Below are positions 11,294 to 24,059 of a stretch of DNA of 64,000 bases, in pieces. Each line of letters starts with the position of its first letter. The stretch's first letter is position 1. Origin of the DNA: Lama glama (taxonomy: Eukaryota); the NCBI GenBank assembly GCA_028534125.1, contig CM052817.1, forward strand, positions 107,138,001 to 107,202,000, read 5' to 3'. The notes below the pieces were generated by a model, which was given only the letters and a program-made list of their open reading frames with translations, did no database searches and had not been told where the DNA came from. Made by a program: the position numbers and the translations under genes.

Positions 11294-14029
11294 CGCCGGC
11301 GGCAGTTTTCTGTTCGCAGCCGCCTTGAGGAAGTTTAGGGAAGCAGGTGTGTGTGTTTTGGGGGGTGGATGGGAGAGAGCGGAGTTAGCATACAAGGAAA
11401 AGGCTGAGTGAGGTCTGGAGGAGGAGACAGGGGCAGTCAGAAGGGGCTTGTGGCGCACGCAGTCTCTGCCCTCTGACTCGGTGGGAACTGGGGCTGTGTT
11501 TCCGCACCCATGTGAGATGGGGTAGGGATGGAACAGCAGGGAATGTCATTATTACATGGATTTTAGAGAAAGAGTTGAGCTGGCATGATTGTAAGCTGGG
11601 ATAAGAACTGCTATAGTATGGATCTGTTTCTAATCAAAGACAAGCAAGAAAAAAGGAAGCGAGGGAAAAAGGAAAGAAAATCCCTGCTGGTCTGTTCCTT
11701 GCCACTCACAGCTCCAGTCTGCTGAGAACGATCATGGTCAGGGGGAGCGTGGTCCACGACTCCCAGGAATGGCCCTCAGTGATGGGGAGTGCAGAGGAAT
11801 CAGAAACAAAACACCCTTGGAGCTTTCAGGAGCCACGTCAGCTCCCAGGAGGAGCTGTGGGTCAGGTGGACCCCAGGATGTGAAGTCCTGGGTCCTGGGT
11901 CCCGGCCATCCTAGTGTCCTCCTGGGTGTCCTTACAGACTCGGAAATCAATCTATCACCCATCCGTGTCTGTCTGTATTTTACAAGAGGGCACGTAGAGT
12001 AGATAACACTTAACACAAAAGAATGACCAACAAAAACTTGCAGCCATGTGATTCACTGTGTACTCTCTCTCCAATCATTAAAAAAAAAACAACACTGGGA
12101 GGACAGAGCGTGGCATCACCACCCCATCTGCAGAAATGAAGGTGGAGGCTAACATCTACAAGGTCACACAGTTAGAAAGTGGAGAAGCCAGGTGCTAAGC
12201 CCAAAACTTTCCAGCATTTCCAGTCTCCTTTACCCTGCACAACTGGGCAGTTGAAGTCTGTGGCATCTGGGTAGATAAACCTTTTATTATGCTTGTGTGT
12301 ACACGTGTGTGTGTGTGTTCAGGATCTCCTGAAATCAGGGGATATGGAAAGCTCTGCTCAGTGCTGGCTGATTATTACCCTGCAGGAATGTGAGCCCCAA
12401 AGAAATCAGAACCTTGCACAAATAGACCCCCCTGGCTACCTCTGGGAAGCTCCCGCCTTTGATCGGCGTCCTTGGCTCCTTCCCAGTTGCTCCCCGAGAT
12501 GTACTGGTAACTCTACCAAGTCTGCACTCTCTTCCTACACCTTTCTCTCCAACAGACTCGCCTGGTCTGAACGTCTGCCCTGGGTTCCTCATCTCCTCTG
12601 CCGGTTTCCCTCCATCTAAGTCATTTCCAGTCTTTGGGGGTTGGGGGATGGGACACTAGTAAAGTGGTAGCAAGGGAGGTTTGTGCTGTTTGCTGGTTTT
12701 AGCATCCTGACCTGGGGTGAACTGGGCAGGAGACAGCTGGAGGGGGTGCGGCAGGGAAGGAAGAGCACAGGCGCTGCCCTTGCAGACAGGAAATGAAAGG
12801 ATGGAGCTGATGCATTCTCAGTAAATATTAAACAGCAATGAACTAGAGAGTGATAGTTCACAAGGACACAGAGACATAAGCACGTGGTGGTTGGCTGTGT
12901 TCTGGCACACACCTGGGTCCTAGAGCTTTTTAACACATCTCTATCGACACTGCAGAGAGTTTCACTTGGCCAAGAGAAAACCCTGAGTGATGAACCCAAG
13001 GCAAATGTTCCTGCTAATACAGAAACAAATAAATGGTGGAGGAAGGGTGACAAGAAAAGAAAGAGACTCATTTCCATCCTTCTGAGTAGATGTTACATCT
13101 TGTGGCAGATAAGATGTCATTAATTAGCAGCGAGAGATTTGGGAACTAGCCACGGTGTAAATGGTCTCTGCTCTACGTTCGGTAATGAAAGTGCTTTAGT
13201 GATGCTTCAGTAATTCAGGCAACAGGGTTTTGCAGCTCGTTTTGTGTGCACGGTGAGGGGAGGCAAGGAAACAGTAGATGCAATCTTTTCTTCTGAGTGG
13301 TTTACAGTCTAGTCGTATCAGATTTGCAAAAGGACAAAGAACCCCCCAGAAGACCACAACAAATCTTAAACAGTTTCAAGCAATAAAACAAATAAAAATC
13401 TCTGAACTAGACACCTCTCCCAGAAAACATAGCACTTTGCATTCATCTGAACATAATTCAAACCACGTTTACTAAAACTATTCCCCTGTTATACAGCCTG
13501 TGTGTTTTTATGTTTCTGCAAGGAAATGCAAGAATAGCGTTTTCTTGGAAGCGTCGTTCAGATTTTACACACTAAATTTATACTTCTCTAATCTTAAGGC
13601 TGAGTCCAGGCTAGAGGTTTCCATGACTATATACAGCGATCCTTTCTACTAACTCACAAATCTTTTTCCACCGTCTTCATTTTAAGGACTATAATCACGC
13701 TACCCTGATTTTCATACATATTTTACGTGTTAAAAATGCTACCCCTTTTCTCTCCCATTCAGTTCAGCAGGCCAGCACTTAAGTTAGGTCATCGCACCTT
13801 TCTTCCCACTTCTCAAGCCTACTGGGGTCATCAGTGAGCACAAACAGTCAAAAAAGAAAACAGAACCGAGGTCTCACCACCCAGAAAGAAGAATGAAATC
13901 CAGATGCTGTCAAATTAAGAGAAGTTTGATTAATGTCACTGTTAACTTTATTTTCACTGCTTCCCCAGCTGGGTCAAAAAAAAGCAGTCTGGGCCAGAGT
14001 AATAAGCCGACACTGAGGGGCGTCTTTTG

Positions 14030-14760
14030 GTTTGTTTGTTTTTTATTGATGTGTAATTGATTTACAATGTTAGTTTCAGGTGTACAGCAAAATGATTCTA
14101 TTATACATATACATCCATATATATATTTTTCTGATTCTTTCCCATTATATGTTATTATAAGATATTGAATATAGTTCCCTGTGCTATACAGTAGGTCCTT
14201 GTTGTTTATCTATTCTATATACAGTAATGTGTATCTGTTAACCCTCAACTCCTAATTTATCACTCCCTTACTCCTTCCCCTTTGGTAAACATAGCTTGTT
14301 TTCTATGTCTGAGTCCATTTGGGGTTTGTAAATAAGATTTTTTTTGGTGTTTTTTTTTTTCTTTTTAGATTCCACATATAAGCAACATCAGATGATATTT
14401 GTCTTTCTCTGTCTCACTTACTTCACTCAGTATAATATCTCTGGGTCATCCACGTTGCTGCAAGTGGCAATATTTTATTCTATTTTGTGGCTGAGCAGTG
14501 TTCCATTGTATAAATATACCACAGCTGCTTTATCCAGTCATCTATTGTGGGACATTTAGGTTGTTTCCATGTCCTGACTATCGTAAACAGTGCTGCTATG
14601 AACACTGGGGTGCATGTGTGTTTTCAAATTAGAGTTTTCTCCAAATATGTGCTAGCGGGATTGCTGGATCATATGGTAAGTCTATTTTTAGTTTTTTAAG
14701 GAACCTCCATACTGTCCTCCATAGTGGCTGCACGAATTCCTGCAGGAATTTACATTCCTG
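14030..14760 (-). mobile_element. 5'-truncated L1
   Basis: T tail, ATTGATTTACAATGTTAGTTTCAGGTGTACAGC.., continuing into ORF2 3' sequence. Confidence 0.92.
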
Positions 14761-15347
14761 AGGGAAATTTTTTGGCAAGGCACAATTAAAATAATGTCCA
14801 TGTTACTTGATGTGTTATCAAAAAATTACCTTCTATGTTTATCTACCGAGGAGTAGGTAGATAAAGGAGGCTCCTTTAAGTCTGGGAGTCCAAAGTAACC
14901 TTTACCTCAATGCCCCCTTCCTAGCAAGATTTCTCCAATATTAAATTTGCTTTTGTTTCTTTGGTAACAGCTAAAATACCAGGGCTGTAATGCAGTGTAT
15001 ATTTGGGATCTACAGGACATCTGTGGAAGTCAAACCCTATTTTCCAGGCAGACACAAAATTCATGTGGCTTTTAACTCATTTTTAAGTAGATCCCGACCT
15101 AATATAAAAAATTGAGACCAGGTGGCCAATATTTCCAAAGAATCATAAAAATTCAGAACATTCTAAAGAATAAATATCTTCATGAAAAGTTGACTGAACA
15201 TCCTAAGTTGGGATCAAACAGTGACTTTTTAAAATCACTTGGTCTGTAACCCATATTCTTTAAACAGTCTCTGTGAATCTTGATATTTATGTATACATTT
15301 CACGCTTTCTTACATCTTCTCAACAATTTTCAGAGCTATTTGTTGCA

Positions 15348-15520
15348 TGGGCGGGGGGAGCTCAGCGGGAGAGCAGGTGCTTAGCATGCATGAGGTCCTG
15401 GGTTCAATCCCCAGTCCCTCCATTAAAAAATTTTTTTTTAAAATAAATACAACCTGATTATCCCCCCAAATAAATAAATGAAAAATAAAACTCATCTCAA
15501 AAAAGAATACCCCCCAAAAA
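15348..15520 (+). mobile_element. tRNA-Ala-derived SINE (Vic-1-like)
   Basis: AGCTCAGCGGGAGAGC..CTTAGCATGCATGAGGTCCTGGGTTCAATCCCCAG plus A-rich tail. Confidence 0.85.
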
Positions 15521-16019
15521 TTTTTTTAAAGCTACTTATTTCAGAGCGTTCAGGAAATCAGTAAAGATGTCTGAGACTTTTGTGTGTAGTGAACGAACAT
15601 AAAAACAAAAAGCTTAACTGGTCCAGCTGTGCCTTCTTTTTTTTTTTTAAATTAAAAAAAAAAGCTAATCTATGTTAGATGTGAAATCCATTGAGTTGTG
15701 ATATGTCAATGTTCCTTTTTCTTGACAGTGATTTTTTTCAGAACTCCCTCTCATTTAAAAGAAATTTACAATAGTCAGAAGAGTCTTGTATTTTCTTTCT
15801 GTGAAAATCAGTGATAGGTTTTTATAAGTATAATGAATGTTTGCGATAAATCTTTGGCATCTGCAGTTTAAGTAATTCCTAAAAGCTTATGTTTTATACT
15901 TTGATGTTGAATGATTTCTTGAACTCTGATAAATTATCTCAGTTTTTGAAAATAACGGTTAGTTGTCTTTGCAGACAAACTTCTTTGATCGCACCTTCAC
16001 AAGCAAACCGTAGGCGTTT

Positions 16020-16500
16020 TCAGTGACGGTCCTTTCGCAGGTGGAACGTGGGGGGAGTTTTCGGGGGCGGCCCCGCCCATTCCCCACGTGCACGTGGCTC
16101 GGCACCAACAGAAGTGCCTGCAGGAGGGAAGCAGGCTCTGAGCTCTGCGAGACCACAAAACAAAGCCCATGGCTGTGGGTCTCCTCTGGGACCCTTTCCA
16201 GGGATGAGCAGCGTGGGAAGCTCGCGCTGGGACCGCACACGACGGGCGACCGCGCTGCTCTTGCAGACCGGACCGCAGCCGGCCGGCCGCGCGCACACCT
16301 GGCGAGCACGACGCCCGTCTGGAACAGAGGCGGGTCTGTTCCCCGCCACCATGCGCTGGCGGAGGTAAGAGGATGTCCCAGGGTGACTGAGCTAGCTCAG
16401 GGGCCCCGGAGAAGGCAAAGCAGTTCCTCTGCGGACCACAGACATCGCTGCAAGGAGCAAGCATCTCTGCACGCCAGCAGGTAAGCGTCATCTTTTCCAC
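16020..16500. promoter_or_regulatory. CpG island / candidate promoter with GC boxes, tandem E-boxes and two strong + strand donors
   Basis: GGGGCGGCCCCGCCC (~16064-16078), CACGTGCACGTG (~16085-16096), GCCACCATG at 16345-16353, donors GAG|GTAAGA (16364) and CAG|GTAAGC (16480). Confidence 0.7.
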
Positions 16501-17539
16501 GTGCTGGGAGTTAGAGCCCTTGTCACTTTTCTTCTTTGTCCATTTGTCTATTAAGTGCTACCATATCATGGTTCTCACGTGTGAGCCCCCCCCCCCCGTA
16601 CGTTTGAACTTATTTCAGACCTTGCAGAACCTCAAGAAACAGAGGACAAAAATCACAGAACATCCCGTAGCAGGGCAGAAACACTGTGGCTTCCACGGGG
16701 GCTCCAGCCTGGTTTTTAACTGCAGGGCTTGTCTGGTGGGTGCAGGGACTCTCGCTCACGGGGAGTTTTAGTTATCAAGGAGTATCTTGGTATTTTTCAG
16801 ATTACCAACAGTCTGTTGTAACCTGACTCAGAGACATGACAGATAAAGAGACCAAGACAGAGCGCTGTCCCAGGCGGCGATTTCTAGGAGTGGATGATAA
16901 GCACCGGCAGATAAAAATGCAATCAGTCAAGCCCTGGAACCTAGCAGGAATGAGAAGAATGCTTTTTCAATTTTAAAGTCTAGTGTGAATTTTGCTCTTA
17001 ACAAAAATCAGAGAAAATCAGAGGGGATTTTAAAAATACACAATAAAGGAAGAAAAGTATTACTTCTATAGATGAGTAAATGCTCTTAGACAAAAATAAA
17101 TGTATGTATGTATCTATATATTTGGCGGAGGGGCGTTTCCTTTCCTGTTAGGATTAGGTAACTTGTAGAGTAAATTTATTTAGGAGTTGATTATTTAGTT
17201 TGTCAACAATAACAACCTATTTTTATAGCTTTTTAAACAAAACCTTTAAAATATACAAGAATTGACGTTTGCTTTAGAAAAACGTGAATAATATTTTTAG
17301 CTTTTCTGAAGGCTGGGTTCCAGAATACTAGTGGTTTAACAGAACTGATAGGATCCTGGTCATGAAATAGGAATGTGCCAAAAGGCTCCAGAAAATACAG
17401 GAATGAAAGAGTGAGACAACCAAATATCAGAGTCTGGGTAACTTCCAACCCTCCACCCACACCCCATCACCCACCCCACTTCTTTAAGTGATGAATCAGT
17501 CACCCAGCCCTTGATGGATGGCGCAAGAGTTGGTATTGT

Positions 17540-18052
17540 TTATTTATTTTTTAATTGAAGTAAGTCGGTTTACAATGTGTTAGTTTCTGGTGTATAGCAT
17601 AGTGGTTCAGTTACACATTTTATATATATTCTTTACCAATATAGATTACTACAAGATATTGAATGTAGTTCCTTATGCTGTACAGTAGGACCTTGTTGTT
17701 TATCTATTTTGTATATAGTAGTTTGTATCTGCTAATCCCAAATTCACAATTTATCCCTTCTCACTCCCTTTCCCCTTTGGTAACTATAAGTTTATTTTCT
17801 ATGTTTGTGGGTCTGTCTCTGTTTTGTAAATAAGTTCATTTGTGTTTTTTTTTTTTAGATTCCACATATAAGTGATATCATATGATATTTATCTTTCTCT
17901 GTCTCACTTACTTTACTTAGTGTGATCATCTCCAGGTCCATCCATGTTGCTGCAAATGGCATTATGTTATTCTTTTTTATGGCTGGGTAGTATTCCATTG
18001 TATAAATAGACCACAACTTCTTTATCCAGTTGTCTGTCAGTGGACATTTAGG
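17540..18052 (-). mobile_element. 5'-truncated L1
   Basis: Same 3'UTR; flanking AAGAGTTGGT repeats (~17525, ~18053). Confidence 0.92.
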
Positions 18053-18288
18053 AAGAGTTGGTTTTGATGTTTAAGAGCTGAAGTAGCTCTACAAAAAACT
18101 GAAAGTTCCATAGCAAACATCTCTGCTCTTAAAATCCCCACCACCACCACCACTGTGGATTTTTCCCTGACTGTCTGTGACAGACAGCTTCTAAATGGCC
18201 CCAGTGATTCCTACCCCTGACAGTTGTGTCCTGTGGAATGCCCTACCCTTCAGCATGGGCTAGGTTTAGTGACTGTTCTCACTCAATG

Positions 18289-18515
18289 TGGGGAGGGTAT
18301 AGCTCAGTGGTAAAGCATGTGCTTAGCATGCATTAGCATGCTTAGCATGCCTCCATTAAAAAAAAAATCTAATTAATCCTTCAAAAAATTAAAGAAAAAC
18401 TAATCCTAGTCATTGCATTTTCTTTTTAGAAATTTGTGAATTACTGGTTTTTTTTAACCGAGGGCCTCGTGCACAGTAGGCACGTGCTCTACCAGTGAGC
18501 TATACCCACCCCCCT
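18289..18515. mobile_element. Two partial Vic-1-like SINEs, tail to tail (+ 18289-18400; - 18455-18515)
   Basis: GGGGAGGGTATAGCTCAGTGG.. on + and ..CTCTACCAGTGAGCTATACCC on -. The first copy has triplicated TTAGCATGC and has lost the B-box. Confidence 0.75.
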
Positions 18516-19869
18516 GTTCATAGCCATTTTAAATAACACTTTCAAATGTTACATTCAAGTTTAATAAAAAGATTAAGTTTAAAAATCCTAATAAAATATA
18601 TAAGAAGGGAAGTTATTTTCCCATTGAAGTTTTGCTGAATGGTCTAAAAAGTGAATTTTTTCAAAGAAGTAGAGTTTTTTTTTTTTCTTGAGACTAAATG
18701 CCCATACTCTAAACCAGCATATAATCTATTTCAAGTGGAAGGTAACAGCTATTTTTAGATGGTTTGTGGCTCTTTGAGGGTCACTCTCCACACATTTCAG
18801 TGCTCATTCTACATCACAGCTGATGATTGGCAAACACTGAGAAGTTATATCTAGTCTTTCAACATCAAAGGTCAGACACTGTGACCAATCCTGGGTTGTA
18901 GAGCTGCTGTAATTATGCCCAGTTTCAGGAAGCTGGATGAAAACATATCAGTCAGCTTCAGACCTTGGTTCTAAAGTTCCCAGGAGAAACTTTAGAAGAA
19001 TCTGTGGAAGTACATATACCATTCTAGACGACATTTAATTGCTTTTCCCCCTAATAAGTGTAAATATTTATATTCCATTATGAAAATACACTTCCTTGGA
19101 AAGGTAAGGAGTGTTGGCTCCTGGCTGTGCTCTGGGGAGACATTCACCCTCTGCTGCTCTCCAGGTAACTCCCTGCTTCCAGGGTTTTCAAAGGGAGCTG
19201 GGAGTTTCTCAGGAAAAGAGCTCAAAGCAAGTCAGGTGAACTGGATAAGGAATGTGAAAAAGGGAGCTGGCTGGAGAGAGGATGTGGATAGAGAAAACTC
19301 CGCAGGTGGATTTTTCCAGGCAGGAGGAAGACTTCAGCGGAGCAAAGAATAAAGGTGGCAGGCGCAGTGCCCTGGATCCAACAAATGACTGGAGGGTTGG
19401 AGTAGAGGAGTTTCCAAATCACAGGTGCTGCCCCTGCCCCCACCCTGTAGGATGCTTGATAAACAATCAGAAGAGCTATCACTCCAGCTATGCCCACTGG
19501 TCTGTCTGCTGTGCATGGTTCTGTGGGCTGTTCCTCCCCTCTGAGCCTTTCACTAAAGCCTTCCTCTTTGTCCCAAATGCCCTCTCTGCCCACCCCACCC
19601 CACAGCCCCCATTCCTTCCTAGATCTTCGTCATTCTTGGAGACACAGATTGGATATGGCCTCCTCCCTGTCCCCGTGTCTGTGAGTACAAACTAGGTATG
19701 AAATGTGTTCTGGGAACCATTACTGCCCTTCCTACACTTTACTGTAATTCTCTGTGTGTCTGTTGTCCTTTAGAATATCAGCTCCTTCTTGGAAAAGGGG
19801 GAAAAGTTCGATGCCTGGTAGTAAAATACACAAGAGCTGTGACCAGAAGCGTCATGGAAAATCACGCCA

Positions 19870-20570
19870 GTAGCTACACAACATAGGGAAAGCTATTCCA
19901 TCTTGCCAATATATGAGGCATGTCCATGACTGGTGTGACCATTTCTTACTGGTCAGAAGTCCAGAAGTGTGACGACACACTCTGTGGGTGAGATTGTGTA
20001 GATACAGGCATTCTCGGACATTGCTGGTTGGAATACAAAATGGTACAACCCTTATGGGGGGACATTTGGCAATATCAAGCTAATGTATACATGCTTTTAC
20101 CTTCTGCTCTGGGGATCACACTTCTAGGAATCTATCCCAAAGATGTACTGCAAAATGTATGAGAAAATGTATACTTTGTAGCACTTTTTATAAGGACAAA
20201 AAATTGGAAACAGTCCATATAACATTAATAGAGGACTAGTTGAATAAAGGCAAGGTGGGTAAACATAAATTAAATTTGCTAGTCTTTTTCTGAGAAAGAG
20301 GATATGATTATAAATATATAGTTCCCTTTTAGATTTTACAAGTTTTCCTATAATGATAGAGAAATTACAAGATGGAGATGATAAAGATAAAGCTAGACTT
20401 CTCTAAATATCCCTTATTTTAAGCATTTTATTTTGGAACCATGTAAATATTTTACTGAATTAGAAAATAATTTTTTAAATCCCTAGGGAAAAAAAAAAAG
20501 AAACAAAACAAAATAAATGAACCTAAATCCTTATTGAGTTGGTGGAATAATCTCACAGAGAAGAGCTAAC
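19870..20570 (+). mobile_element. Old, diverged L1M fragment
   Basis: ATTGCTGGTTGGAATACAAAATGGTACAACC..CTTCTAGGAATCTATCCCAAAG similar to the L1 ORF2 3' region. Confidence 0.65.
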
Positions 20571-21049
20571 TCTGATTTTCTCCTCTATTTTCCTTTCCCT
20601 CTGGCCTTTTGCCATCAAAATCTCTGACCCTAAACTCACCACAGAGTGAAAAGTTTATAACTGTCTCTAAGGCAAGGTGGAAGCCTGTGTTTCCCAGGAT
20701 GGGTTAATGGGAGGTCCATGGCCAAAAGCCAAGATCTCCTTTATTTTCTGCTTGTTTTACTAAAGAATTACTTTTCTTTACTCGGGTTCCTCCTTCCCTT
20801 CTCTCTCAGCATCACGAAAACCACAGTGAGAAACCCAAACAGTCAAGCTCCTGTCTTCACCTAAGTGGTTTCAAACTTGGCTGACTTGGAAAGTGGTGGT
20901 TCCAAGGACACAAATAGGGAATTTTCAGAGAGAAGCTTTCAGCCAGCATCAGAAAGCCCTCAACTATAGTAATAAGATGAGGTAACCTGAGAAGGAGTAG
21001 AAAAGCTTCCGAAACTGTAGAGGACAGTAGAGAGGTGAAGAAGAATGCC

Positions 21050-21507
21050 ATGCAGGGGCAAGGAATAGCGACTTTATTCCAAAAGCCAGCAGGCCAAGAA
21101 GATGGAGGACTCGTGTCCCAAAGAACTGTCTTCCCTGAGTCAGAATTCTGGCTTCCTTTATATTAAAAGGAGAGGGGGTGTGTTTGATGGTTGCAAATTT
21201 CTTGGTGCTGGAATCTTCTGTTCTTGCAGCTGTCCATGTGGGTCAGGTCAAGATGTTCCTACAGACCTCTGACAAGACAAATATTATCCTCTGTTCTGCA
21301 ACATTTTATCTCTACGTGAATGGGAAAGTGTTGCACCCTTAAAGGTCAGAGCCTTGAGGATGGGCTCTCCTGTACATTTCAGGCTCTAGGCAACATTCTT
21401 TTACAAAAGTGCAGAACCAGCAGGACTCAGCATGGGAAACAGAGCCCAGGGTTAGAGGCAATGGGAGCAGATCTAACGTGGAGTCAGGTTTGTTCTTCTC
21501 TGTTACA
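21050..21507 (-). mobile_element. Probable ERV solo LTR
   Basis: Reverse strand begins TGTAACAGAGAAGAACAAACCTGACTCC, with TATAAA-like (~21157-21165) and AATAAA (~21073-21078) in LTR order. Confidence 0.55.
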
Positions 21508-22004
21508 TGTCTATGCTGTCTGGTTGCCACAGGTCATGCTCTCCAGAAGTTGGGGGGTTAAGATGGTTATTTGGGGGTCTACACCTGTGAACAGAAAGAG
21601 GCTGATGCAGGATTGGGCGGAGGAAGAAGCAGAACTGTGATGAGGGCTCAACAAAGCCTTGGCTCACCGTGTAAAAAATTGTCCTGCCTTTATCCCCCCA
21701 CCTCACTTAGTCTCCTGATGGCGCTGCCTGGAAGGGGCTTGACCTCAGACAGACAGGCAGCTCTCTGCAGCTAAAGCAGACCCCGAAGGAGGTGACAGCT
21801 GGAGACTGCCTGCTGATGGTATTTCCTGTAGCGGGATGCAAGCCCTTCCTTGAAGAGGGACCTGAGGGGGGAGCACCCCTCTGCTGCTGTGCTAGCAAAC
21901 CTCTCCAGGGTTAATAGAGGGTGTTTTTATTGTAATTTCTCTCAACAAACAAAACGCATTACGTTTCAGTAAAGAACCCTATATATTTAAGGTTGACTTA
22001 AAAA

Positions 22005-22388
22005 ATTACTACAGAAACAATAAAAAGATCGTGGTTTCCAGGGCTTTGGGGAGAGAGAGGGAGGGAGGAATAGATGGAGCACAAGGGATTTTTAGGGTAA
22101 TGAAATTATTCTGTATGATACTATAGTGGTGGCTACAGGTCATTATGGATTTGTCAAAGCCCATAGAATGTACAACATCAAGAGTGAGCCCTAATGTAAG
22201 CGATGGACTTTGGTTGATAATGTGTCCATGTTGGTTCATTGATTGTACCAAATATGCCACACTGATGAGGGATGTTGAGGGTAGTGGAGTGTTTATGTGT
22301 GGGTGGGGAGGGCTATGTGGGAACTCTATTTTCTGCTCAATTCTGTTGTGAACATGAAATTGCTCTAAAGAAATAAAGTCTATTTAAA
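22005..22388 (+). mobile_element. L1MC-type 3' end
   Basis: CCCATAGAATGTACAACATCAAGAGTGAGCCCTAATGTAA..AATAAAGTC. Confidence 0.8.
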
Positions 22389-23184
22389 AGATTACTATTA
22401 GAATTTGTATTCCATGGATTATCAGGTAGTCAATAGTGTATTTCTGGGCAGGCTGGAATTAGCTGTTCATTCACTCATCCCACAAACATTTCTTAAATAT
22501 CTCTTGCATGGCCATCTCTGGAAACTGAAAGATGAATAAAGATGCTTTTCACATGAACTGGGAGTTGGACTCTAGCAGGGAGGCAGACAAAACAAGACAC
22601 CAATTTGTTTAGAATGATAGAAGGTAAGGGGCAGGAAAGAGATGGTGCTCAGCTGGTTCACACAGGAACATTACTGGAAGAGCAAATTGAATGTGTAAAG
22701 GCACAAAGGAACGAAAGAGCATCACACATCATGGGAACCACAGGCAGACAAGACCGAGGCATAGATTGTGTCTAAGGAAGTATTGAAATACGGGGCTGGG
22801 ATGGAATACATGTATGATGATCTTTCTCATTTATTAATATAATTTTTATTATATATATGTATACATATAAGAATAATTTATCTAGCTGGAGTTTCTCAGA
22901 TACCTTTAACCGTGGTCTGTGTTTTTTGTTTGGTTGGTTCTCGCAGTCACACCCCTCTGCCGGACGATCTCTGGGAAATGTTGAAAGCCTGTGTTGCTGG
23001 CGGCTCCCAGGTCGTCTGTGACAGAAGGCTGCTCTGCAGGCCTGTTCTTGACTTGATATTGACAGATAAGGACAAGCCCTTATTGGATGCGGGTCCTGGG
23101 AATGCGGCAGCTCTGTGGCTCTGTTCCCGGAGGATGGAATGCTGAGCTGTGTTAGAAGGAACACCCTGCCTTCCTGTCATAAAG

Positions 23185-23197
23185 AGTCCTTAGCAAC
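23185..23197. promoter_or_regulatory. RFX X-box-like site in the SPMIP2 proximal promoter
   Basis: AGTCCTTAGCAAC (reverse GTTGCTAAGGACT) ~105 bp upstream of the ATG in a small CpG-rich patch. RFX sites are typical of ciliary/flagellar gene promoters. Confidence 0.55.
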
Positions 23198-23301
23198 CGC
23201 CTAGTTCGGGTCACAGACAGGAGGGGAGAGACGGCAGAGTCGCTGGCTCGTCCTGAAGAAGCTGAGAAAGAAAGTCCAGCCGCCCAGTGAGGACCTCGGC
23301 C

Positions 23302-23365
23302 ATGCCGGGCGCATCCGCTCGAGAGCCGGCGTCCGCCACGGTGGGGAAGCGGATGGTTTTCACAG
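23302..23365 (+). CDS. SPMIP2: SPMIP2/C4orf45 coding exon 1 (MPGASAREPASATVGKRMVFT+G, phase 1 donor)
   Basis: ATG at 23302 in GGCCATGC context, 21 codons +1 nt, then CAG|GTAAAG donor. The peptide resembles the recalled human C4orf45 N-terminus (..STTVGKQMIFTG), and the phase joins exon 2 to give G-P-D-Y. Confidence 0.9.
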
Positions 23366-23829
23366 GTAAAGGGCTTGTGTGCGTCTTTCACGAGGAGATC
23401 TAAACTTTCTTTCACACCCCTCACCTGTATGGGACTCACGTGATAACGAACGTGAGCGTGATAACACACCTGTTTATTTTATACGACTCCGCTGCGCTTA
23501 CGACGCACACAGTTCACACCGCGCTGCCCTAAACGGATCTCTGGCATCCTTGTTCTCACCCTATCTGAGCTAACTGCCACAAAGGGACATTTTTGTATCA
23601 TAGAGGTTGTGTTTTGTGTAATGGGGGCAACTCTGATGTTAATACAAATCATCGTTTGGGTCAAATTTTAACTATTACTGATTTAAGTTTCTTGTATCTT
23701 TATAAACTTGATGTATTTGGTGATAAAACTTTGAGCGGGGTGTGTAATGAGCTTTAGTGAAATTGTTGACTGGAGTCTTGTTCCTTCAACTTGCTTTACA
23801 TGATTTGGGCGGGATGTGTGTGTGGAATT

Positions 23830-23915
23830 ATACGCATGGATAACCGAATCACTTTGCCATATATCTGAAACTAACACAACATTGTAAATCAACTAGACTT
23901 TGATTAAAAAAAAAC
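23830..23915 (+). mobile_element. Very short L1 3' tail
   Basis: GAATCACTTTGC..AACATTGTAAATCAACTA plus A10. Confidence 0.75.
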
Positions 23916-24059
23916 TATAGTTATATAGAATATGGCTAATCATGATGCCTGTAAGAAATAAATCAAGTTTTATCTTATTTCCTCTATATTTTAAAATCAT
24001 AAGCGTATTTTTAAGCATGCCACTTGCTTATCTGCAAGTTCCCACCCAATCATGAGTAG

